DNA from: a virus
Lineage: Duplodnaviria; Caudoviricetes
Length of the DNA stretch: 64,000 nt
IMG/VR virus record: IMGVR_UViG_3300025789_000018
Strand: one strand, 5' to 3'
Both the position numbers and the translations under genes were made by a program. The notes beneath the pieces are model-generated. The model searched no databases and was not told the DNA's origin. It was given only the letters and a program-made list of their open reading frames with translations. Numbering within the stretch: the first letter of the stretch is position 1; each line of letters starts with the position of its first letter. Of the stretch, positions 56,636 to 64,000 are shown one piece after another.

Positions 56636-57295
56636 TTATGAATAAGTAAACTGAACTTGACCATTGGCACCAGCACCGCCAGGGCTACCAGATGAACCAC
56701 CAAAGTTCCCACCAGCACCACCACCACCTGGTGGATTACCAGCGCCCCCACTAGTAGTTTGCGCAGAGCCACCTGGTGTTGTGCCATTTGGTGCAGCAGC
56801 GCCCGTTAAAGTCTGTCCGCCACTACCATTACCTGATGTGTTTGTATCACCACCAGAAGCTGTACCGCCCGCACCCTGATTACCGGTACTACTTCCTTGA
56901 ATGCCTCCCGAACCTCCAGTTGTCAATAGCGAAAATGATGTTGTAAATGTGCCCTGTGCTGTATTAGATGATCCACCAATACTACCAGGGCTTGCTGTTC
57001 CAGATCCACCTGCGCCACCTGCGCCGACTGAATATGTGAAAGTTTTGCCCCAGCTGGTCGAAGTTAGTGCAAACGTTTTTTTCGAATAGCCACCAGATCC
57101 GCCACCACCACCAGCAGTAGTGATACATAAACTAGAACCATGCCCACCACCACCGCCAGCGCCCCACACTTCAATAATAACCTGTGATGTGTTTGTGGGT
57201 ATTGTTTCAGTTCCTGTGCCTGACGTGGTGTACTTGTGTACGGTTGTAGAGGTTCTTCTCTTTTCAAGCCCAATCATAGATGGCATAATAAACAT
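56636..57295 (-). CDS. glycine-rich fibre-associated protein (adhesin-like) 2
   Basis: Paralogue of 52489..53127; TAATG overlap with fibre 57295..59295. Confidence 0.7.
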   Translation of the reverse strand: MFIMPSMIGLEKRRTSTTVHKYTTSGTGTETIPTNTSQVIIEVWGAGGGGGHGSSLCITTAGGGGGSGGYSKKTFALTSTSWGKTFTYSVGAGGAGGSGTASPGSIGGSSNTAQGTFTTSFSLLTTGGSGGIQGSSTGNQGAGGTASGGDTNTSGNGSGGQTLTGAAAPNGTTPGGSAQTTSGGAGNPPGGGGAGGNFGGSSGSPGGAGANGQVQFTYS

Positions 57296-59295
57296 TAAGC
57301 AGTATCTCCACCAAGTACCCAAACAGCCGCGGCACCAGCATTTGATCTTACGTACACTGTTGCTAATGCCCATTGACCACCAGTATTTGCACCAGTTGAT
57401 CTATGAAAGAATGTTGTACCAGCAGCGTTAGCAAATGTAACGTTGCCTGTATTTACTTGAACGATTGTGCAAGTAAACCCAGCGGGCGCACTATTTGGAA
57501 GTGTTACGGTTGCAGCAGCAGTATTGTTTATTTCAAGTATTTTACCAGAATCCGTATTTGCAAGAGTATAAGCTGTTACTGATTGTAAGTTTACGTTTGC
57601 AAGGAACCCTGTGATAATAGAGTTAGAGAACGTGGTCGCTGCGTTAGTGATAACCACGTTCTGTGTTGCATTTCCTACAGTAACGTTTGCTGTTGCGGTG
57701 TATATAGCAGCATTCACTACACCAGTTGTATTTGCTACGAATACACCAGATGTATTTGCGATTACGTTAGATGATGCTAGATTAGATGATGTCGTTACAA
57801 ACAACGTTGCTGTGTTTGTTTGACCAGTAATGTTGATTGCAGCAGTATTTACCAATGTAGAGTTAGCAGTAAATGTTGTGCTAACGTTGATAGAGCCTGT
57901 CGCGTATAACTTTGTAAGATTTAATGTACCAGATGAATCATTTTGTGTACCATTGCCTAGTGACAATGACGCGGCAGCAGAACGAGAAATACCCGAATCA
58001 TTATTCCAAGATACTACTTGACCAGCAGCAACATTTACATAACCTGTTGTGGTTATACCTGTTGAGTTGGCAATAAATGAAGTACCGACAGAGTGTACAG
58101 CAGCGTTTACTACACCAGTTGTATTGGATACAAAGACACCGGCAGTATTAGCAATAACGTTAGATGACGCCAAGTTTGCTGATGTTGTTACAAACAATGT
58201 TGCTGTGTTTGTTTGATATATCACGTTTAATGAAGAAGCATTGACCAGCGTAGAGTTGGCAGTAAGTGATATGCCTAGACCAGTTGAGTTGGCAATATAG
58301 AAACTATCACAACCAACCGCATATTTGTTGGTGGTAGTGATATTAGTTCCATTTGCTGGATTCTGAAAATATGTTCCAAAAAGATTCGTTACATTGTAAG
58401 TATTTAATGACGCAAGCGTTTGCGTAGCAAAATAGTTCATATACAAGGAATTGATATTGCTTGTCCCGAACGTATCTGTCCAAGTGGCGGGAAATTGACT
58501 TAACGAGAAGCTATAGTTTATAGCACCGGAGTTAACCTGACCACCACCAGGAAATAAAGTAGTTTGACCGGCAAGTGTAACTGTACAGTTGGCATTTGCG
58601 GTTACTGTTCCGATTGCAATCGCAGTAGTTGTACCAGATCCGTTTAGGGCTCCCATCGTGATGGAGAGTTTATTTCCCGATGCGAGTGTGCCGCCACCAA
58701 TATATATGGTTTGGTTTGCTGAAGATTGACCTAGAGTGATTGTTCCCCGACCTGTTGTTCCACCAATCGTTATTAAGCTTGTAGAGTTGCCAGTAACAAA
58801 AAAACCTGAGTTGACAGTCAAGTTGGAGTTAAATATTTGTGTGTTTGTCCAAGTATATTGTGCAGCAGTATTAATACCACTAACAGTGCCCCAATAAACA
58901 TTGCCGACACCATTAGATGTCAGAACCTGGCCTACTGTGCCTTGTGATCCTGTCGAATCGATGATCTTAGAACCAGATGCAAAGGTTAAGTTAGCAGTGG
59001 ATGTTAATCCAATGTTTGCTGTTGCAATGTAAATAGCAGCGTTTACTACACCAGTCGTATTGGATACAAAGACGCCGGCTGAGTTGATCGATACGTTACC
59101 ACCAGATACGCTGTATGATGGAGCATTTGCGCCCACTACCAACAAGTTTGTGCCGTCAGATGTATAGAGAATCTGATCTGGCATATTCAACGCAAGACCG
59201 CCAGCATTGATATACTGACTGTTGGTTGAAACCGTAGTATTAGGTTGTCTACCAGCAACAGATGTGCGGAAGACTTGCAACACAGTATTGGCCAT
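57295..59295 (-). CDS. tail fibre protein
   Basis: N-terminal VLQVFRTSVAGRQP/ELA-type motif, DSTGSQGTVGQVLTSNG, repeats shared with 59549..62833. Confidence 0.75.
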   Translation of the reverse strand: MANTVLQVFRTSVAGRQPNTTVSTNSQYINAGGLALNMPDQILYTSDGTNLLVVGANAPSYSVSGGNVSINSAGVFVSNTTGVVNAAIYIATANIGLTSTANLTFASGSKIIDSTGSQGTVGQVLTSNGVGNVYWGTVSGINTAAQYTWTNTQIFNSNLTVNSGFFVTGNSTSLITIGGTTGRGTITLGQSSANQTIYIGGGTLASGNKLSITMGALNGSGTTTAIAIGTVTANANCTVTLAGQTTLFPGGGQVNSGAINYSFSLSQFPATWTDTFGTSNINSLYMNYFATQTLASLNTYNVTNLFGTYFQNPANGTNITTTNKYAVGCDSFYIANSTGLGISLTANSTLVNASSLNVIYQTNTATLFVTTSANLASSNVIANTAGVFVSNTTGVVNAAVHSVGTSFIANSTGITTTGYVNVAAGQVVSWNNDSGISRSAAASLSLGNGTQNDSSGTLNLTKLYATGSINVSTTFTANSTLVNTAAINITGQTNTATLFVTTSSNLASSNVIANTSGVFVANTTGVVNAAIYTATANVTVGNATQNVVITNAATTFSNSIITGFLANVNLQSVTAYTLANTDSGKILEINNTAAATVTLPNSAPAGFTCTIVQVNTGNVTFANAAGTTFFHRSTGANTGGQWALATVYVRSNAGAAAVWVLGGDTA

Positions 59296-59329
59296 ATGGC
59301 ACCTCTAAGTCAACTGGTATGTACCAGTA

Positions 59330-59536
59330 TTAAAAATCTTCTTCAGTCTTCTTTGCTACTGACTTCTTTCCTGCTTTATCTAAAGCAATCCGAAGCTTTT
59401 CGTTCTCAATATTTAGTTCTTCAATCGCCTTTGTTTTGAAATGAGAGTCCGTCTCTAGAAACAAGACTCTCGTTTGCAAGTCGATTAATGTAGCTTTCAT
59501 CTTTTCAATATAAACAGTGATAAACTCTTCAGTCAT
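59330..59536 (-). CDS. small coiled-coil protein
   Basis: Heptad pattern; sits between fibre genes. Confidence 0.65.
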   Translation of the reverse strand: MTEEFITVYIEKMKATLIDLQTRVLFLETDSHFKTKAIEELNIENEKLRIALDKAGKKSVAKKTEEDF

Positions 59537-59548
59537 AATATATCCTTA

Positions 59549-62500
59549 TTAGAATGTCCCGCCGTCGATACCTCCGAATGCTGGGATATTATTTAGAATC
59601 TGTAGAACAGTGCCGTTAGCACCAGCAGATGCTAGGCCAACTGGTCCAGAGCCGTTACCATAGAGAACAGCAGCAGAAGTTAGTGTCAGTAGACCAGTAC
59701 CACCAGAACCTGCTCCAAGAGCAGTGGCAAGCGATAGTGTGTTAGCAGTGATGTTGACATTGACAGTCGAATTCGCTGTGATCGTAACACCAGACTGAGT
59801 TGATGTGACACCAAGGAATGACAATGGCATTGGTGACTGAGTAGCACCAATCGTCGCACCAAATGGCGTTGTGTTCGCTGGATATGATGGGTTAGAAATC
59901 TGATTGTTTGAAACAAATAGTGAGAAGCTATTTGAAGATGCAACACGAGCCAAGCCATAGAATGCTGTATAATAAGCATTCGCAGTACCAACAGAACTTG
60001 TACCAGAAGCAACCTGAGACATAATCAAGTTGGTCGAGTTGACCACAGTAACAAATGTGTTCGCAGGAATGTTTGTACCAGTGATCAACTCACCGACATA
60101 GAAGCCAGCAGTTGTTGTCATCTGTACGTTAGCAGAGTTTAATGTTGTATTCGCTGTAATGTTGGTTGCAGACTGAATAGGCGCACTTGAAATGAATCCA
60201 GTGTCTATTACGTCGGCTGTGGTATTATATGCTATACCTGATGGTGAAACATAGTTAGGGCTATTTTCATCAGCAAGACCAATGATATTGTCATTGACGT
60301 TTAGATTGGTAGTATTGATTGAAGCAAGTGTGCCTTGGACATATAAGTTGCCAGAAATAATGGCATTCTGTACGCTAAGATTTGCTGATGTAGCTGAAAC
60401 GTTACCGCCAGTAAACTGAAGAACTGAACTATTAACGTTGAAACCGTATGATGTTGCAACTGATGTTGTATTGATTGTTGTATTGCCAAGAGTGTTAGCA
60501 ATCGCAATGTTTGTTGGACCTGTGACTGTTGAGTTACCAGAAACATAGCCAGCAGTAGATACGTTTGTCGTTGGAGTAACAGCAGAACCAACCGAAGAGT
60601 GTATATTGGCTTGGACAACACCAGAAGTGTTGGCAACGAACACACCAGAAGTATTAGCAATAACGTTAGATGATGCTATATTAGCTGATGTCGTAACGTA
60701 TAATGTTGCTGTATTGATTTGATTTGTGACGTTTAGATATGAACCAACAGTAAGTGATGATCCAAAGTTAACGGCACCAGAGATGTTTGCAGTACCAGTG
60801 ACGGCAAGTGTAGCATTAGGTGCAGTATTGCCAATACCAACGTTGCCGCTGTTTGTGATACGCATTCTTTCATTGGAAGCCAACTGACCACCAGTAAAGA
60901 AGTTGATGTAGTTTGTGCCACCACCTAGAGATGCAACACCGATCGACAAGTTTGTATTAGCAGAATATAGATAAGCATCTGATGGCTGGCTGATCGTCCA
61001 AGAAGAGTTCGACCAGTTGACACCGACCATACCAAAGTCAGCGAAGTTATTGCCAGAAGGTCCATTACTATCAAAGACAATAAAGTCTGTCGATGACTGT
61101 GTGCCTGTGTTGGCATTCCACATAACCATTTCGACATAGCTGTTTTGATTACCAGCAAACTCTGCGATAGATGAATCACCAGCATTAAAGCCAATAACAA
61201 CATTCATATAACTGTTGCCAGTAGCTAATACAGAAGTATTGGCGAGAGATCCACCACTTGATGTGCCGTATGAACCAGCTTTAAGTGCAAATGCGTTAAC
61301 AACACCTGTAGCATTTGCGACAAACACACCAGAGGTATTTGCGATTACGTTAGATGATGCGATATTGGCTGATGTAGTGACAAAAAGTGTTGCGGTATTT
61401 GTTTGACCAGTAATATTAACGGCAGCAGCATTAACTAGTGTAGAGTTAGCAGTAAATGTGGCACCAGTCTGTACTGTAGTCGCATTTACTGTGCCAGTGG
61501 TCCAAACGCCTGTTGCATTAAGCTGTACGGCTGATGCGATATTAGCTGATGTTGTTGCATAGATCGTAGCAGCATTCACCTGACCAGATACGTTGATGTA
61601 TGGACCAGAGAAACCAGTAGTTGCATAGATCGTACCAGCATTTACTGTAGCAGTATTGACTGATGAACCCTGAACAACTGTTGAGCCTATTGCCAATGTT
61701 GTCGATGATAGGTTAGCAATAGATGCACCACCCGTACCACTGATTACCTGAACAAAAGTAGAACCAGTGTTTGATTGTACAACAATATTAGCACTTGATG
61801 TGATTGAACTGTTGCCGATTGCAAGACTTGCTGATGTTAAGTTTGCAACAGATGACGAGTTCTGAATGGTAAACTGTGGCGCACCAGAGATTGTGTTATT
61901 ACCGTAAGAAACAGAAGTTGTACTGTTTGTTGTGATTGTAAAAGATGGTGCAGTTGATGTATTACCAGCAACAGAAATCGATGTTGTGTTGATCTGTACG
62001 TTACCAACGTTGGCATATACACCAATAGAAACGTTAGAACTAAAAGTAATAGTGTTCTGGAATGTCTGAGTATTTGACCAGTTCCAGTTGTTTGCAGCGA
62101 TCTGGGCACCAGTTAGACCAGCAGAAGCAGCAGCCCAGTAAGGAGCGCCTGTGGCACCATTTGTTGTTAGAACATAACCAGCAGTACCAGTTGAACCGTT
62201 AGCATTTAATGGAATACCAGAAATAGTGACCTGAGTTGTATTTGCAACAAAAGTCGCACCATTTGTGCTGAGTGAGTTTGCTTGGACTGTGTTGGCCGCA
62301 ATCGCAGTTACAGAACTATTACCACCAGAGAATGTGATGCTGTTTCCAGAGAACGTCTGGTTATTTGTCCATGTATATGCAAAGCTAGTGTTAGCACCGC
62401 CAGAAGCGATCTTACCAGAGACATATGTGATAATAGCTTGTGATGTTACAAGTTCTGAACCAGAACCGCCACCAGATGCATTTGCACCAAGTATTGATGA

Positions 62501-62833
62501 TGATGTTGAGTTAGAAATAGAAGTGATTAGAACGTTTGATGGAGTCAAAGCAGATGTTGTGATCATCAACCCTGAAGTCAGTGTATTTGAAATGAATGAG
62601 TTGGCGTCAACGACTACCGTAGCATTAGCGGCAAGAGTACCAGGCGTAACTACGTTATTGACATATCCGTATTTGGTACCACCAATGAGCAAAGCAGTTG
62701 TACCAACGCCAGTCTGAGCGCCGATGAAGAATCCGTTTGATGAATACGAATAAGCAAGTTCACCGCCATTCAACGTAGTAGTTGGTGTAGCTGATGTGTT
62801 ACTACGTCTGATTTGAACGATTGTATTTGACAT
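59549..62833 (-). CDS. tail fibre/virion structural protein
   Basis: VQIRRS..., GELAYS, ERMRITNSGNVGIGNTAP, C-terminal IDGGTF. Confidence 0.75.
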   Translation of the reverse strand: MSNTIVQIRRSNTSATPTTTLNGGELAYSYSSNGFFIGAQTGVGTTALLIGGTKYGYVNNVVTPGTLAANATVVVDANSFISNTLTSGLMITTSALTPSNVLITSISNSTSSSILGANASGGGSGSELVTSQAIITYVSGKIASGGANTSFAYTWTNNQTFSGNSITFSGGNSSVTAIAANTVQANSLSTNGATFVANTTQVTISGIPLNANGSTGTAGYVLTTNGATGAPYWAAASAGLTGAQIAANNWNWSNTQTFQNTITFSSNVSIGVYANVGNVQINTTSISVAGNTSTAPSFTITTNSTTSVSYGNNTISGAPQFTIQNSSSVANLTSASLAIGNSSITSSANIVVQSNTGSTFVQVISGTGGASIANLSSTTLAIGSTVVQGSSVNTATVNAGTIYATTGFSGPYINVSGQVNAATIYATTSANIASAVQLNATGVWTTGTVNATTVQTGATFTANSTLVNAAAVNITGQTNTATLFVTTSANIASSNVIANTSGVFVANATGVVNAFALKAGSYGTSSGGSLANTSVLATGNSYMNVVIGFNAGDSSIAEFAGNQNSYVEMVMWNANTGTQSSTDFIVFDSNGPSGNNFADFGMVGVNWSNSSWTISQPSDAYLYSANTNLSIGVASLGGGTNYINFFTGGQLASNERMRITNSGNVGIGNTAPNATLAVTGTANISGAVNFGSSLTVGSYLNVTNQINTATLYVTTSANIASSNVIANTSGVFVANTSGVVQANIHSSVGSAVTPTTNVSTAGYVSGNSTVTGPTNIAIANTLGNTTINTTSVATSYGFNVNSSVLQFTGGNVSATSANLSVQNAIISGNLYVQGTLASINTTNLNVNDNIIGLADENSPNYVSPSGIAYNTTADVIDTGFISSAPIQSATNITANTTLNSANVQMTTTAGFYVGELITGTNIPANTFVTVVNSTNLIMSQVASGTSSVGTANAYYTAFYGLARVASSNSFSLFVSNNQISNPSYPANTTPFGATIGATQSPMPLSFLGVTSTQSGVTITANSTVNVNITANTLSLATALGAGSGGTGLLTLTSAAVLYGNGSGPVGLASAGANGTVLQILNNIPAFGGIDGGTF

Positions 62834-63177
62834 TAGAAGTTCCCGCCATCGATGCTAGTTATGTTTAAGTTATTTGGAGATTCCAGAATAAACTTTTCTT
62901 CTTCAGCATTATATACGAGAGTATTACCATCAGACTCGTCAAGTAGTTCAACGTCTAATAGACCACGTAACTCATTTGCGGCAATCAATGCATCATTTCT
63001 TATTACAATAGGTGTCGCGTTTGTTGAAAATCGAATAGGATTAGTTACTGGAGCAGATACTTCTGCTTCAATGTTTTCATGTTCTGCACCAACCTTAACC
63101 GATTTTGGTGCAAATGTATTTGTTCCGATTTTAATATTCGAATTGCCCGTAGGGCTAATTCTTACATTAATCGCCAT
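62833..63177 (-). CDS. hypothetical virion-associated protein
   Basis: LRGLLDV, DGNTLVYN, IDGGNF, shared with fibre-associated motifs. Confidence 0.6.
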   Translation of the reverse strand: MAINVRISPTGNSNIKIGTNTFAPKSVKVGAEHENIEAEVSAPVTNPIRFSTNATPIVIRNDALIAANELRGLLDVELLDESDGNTLVYNAEEEKFILESPNNLNITSIDGGNF

Positions 63178-63523
63178 ATGTCACTCCAGAAAGATGAGTG
63201 ACTTCAGGTGTAACTGTCAAGATGCCTTCAACAACTCGGACAATGTTATTGCTTGTGTCGATGGTGATTACGTCATAGACATACCTACCATACCACAAAG
63301 CCGCAGTTGTGTTTGCGTCTAGTGATAACTCAATGATTCCATTTGTTGGTTGAGGTATCGAAACATTAAATGATACAGAGTTGGAAGACGTATACCACTT
63401 GCGAACTTGTGCCTGGGCAGTGTAGCCAGTCAAGTCTAATGGTTGACCACTATCGCCAGTCAAGTTCAATGTTGTATTGAACGTTGTGCCTTGATCTAAA
63501 ATGATGTCTGCATGGGCCGCCAT
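63167..63523 (-). CDS. virion structural protein (baseplate/fibre-associated)
   Basis: IILDQGTTF, PLDLTGYTAQAQVRK, GRYVYDV, RVVEGILTVTPEVT. Confidence 0.7.
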   Translation of the reverse strand: MAAHADIILDQGTTFNTTLNLTGDSGQPLDLTGYTAQAQVRKWYTSSNSVSFNVSIPQPTNGIIELSLDANTTAALWYGRYVYDVITIDTSNNIVRVVEGILTVTPEVTHLSGVTYGD

Positions 63524-63526
63524 ATT

Positions 63527-64000
63527 TTATCCTTTTACCGATATTTTATTATAGTTGTGTTTGCATTTGTCACCGTGCCATCTAGTCATATTTGGCGCAT
63601 CCACCATTACGTGACAATATACACATTCTTCTTTAGGACGAACGTAACCCATACTATATGCAGATTTTCTATTTTTCAATTTCAATTTTTGTTCTTCTGT
63701 TCTAGTTTTACCCAGATTTTTGCCAATCATAGAAATTGATCTTTTATGTTTATGCTCTTCTGATTGATTTTTGCCAAAATTAGGATTATTACTTCCTTTT
63801 AGAGATTCGCTTATTCTTTTTTTAGATTCGGATGTATGTAATTTGTCTAAACGAGGATGCTTTCTGCCGCCGGCGTCAACATTCCAATTTTGATTTCTCA
63901 TCCAATTATCATCTCCGAAATGACGACTACTCGATGGATCAATTGATATGTTGTCTGTTTTATTTAGAAAGTTGGCGCGATTGACAACATTCATTCTTTT
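63527..64000 (-). mobile_element. homing endonuclease C-terminal part (NUMOD3-like repeats), truncated by the window end
   Basis: HTSESKKRISES, NPNFGK, SEEHK, C..C...N.TRWHGDKCK; frame stays open to 64000. Confidence 0.7.

Noticed and set aside
1-64000. Stop-codon reassignment, CRISPR array, or diversity-generating retroelement
   Set aside because: Core genes are full length in code 11 and end in TAA, TGA and TAG. There are no regularly spaced repeat-spacer units, and no reverse transcriptase or adenine-specific TR/VR pair was seen. The fibre repeats are in-frame coding modules.

Overview
This window is a 64-kb segment of a large T4-like myophage genome, read in standard genetic code with almost all genes on the minus strand. 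The host is probably an alphaproteobacterium (inference from the Prx5 and Hsp20 homologues and the promoter motifs). 1-28.3 kb holds the T4-type replication/recombination module (gp41, UvsX, gp43, RegA, gp62/44/45, gp46/47, gp55, UvsW, UvsY, gp3), interspersed with accessory genes (Prx5, cytidylyltransferase, M15 endolysin, Hsp20, nucleotidyltransferase, two GT-A glycosyltransferase-like genes, dCMP deaminase, peptide deformylase, MazG-like). 28.3-31.8 kb is a plus-strand island of early genes and tRNAs. 31.8-64 kb holds head, tail, terminase, neck and fibre genes (gp23-gp13 and fibres). About ten free-standing GIY-YIG/HNH homing endonuclease genes are scattered through the window. The most notable observations are: (1) every clear sense-oriented sigma70-type early promoter I found carries GAATC, a CcrM site in a GcrA-type context, at exactly the same spacer position; (2) a covarying structured leader shared by four homing endonuclease genes; (3) gp17 fractured by an HNH gene and flanked by an atypically split intein with Thr+1; (4) uvsW in pieces, with an apparent +1 frameshift; (5) gp13 invaded by an endonuclease that carries a recoded replacement N-terminus; (6) several non-canonical tRNAs, including a D-armless tRNA-Arg with a displaced D-loop-like motif. 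All family assignments come from motif recognition by eye. No database searches were run.
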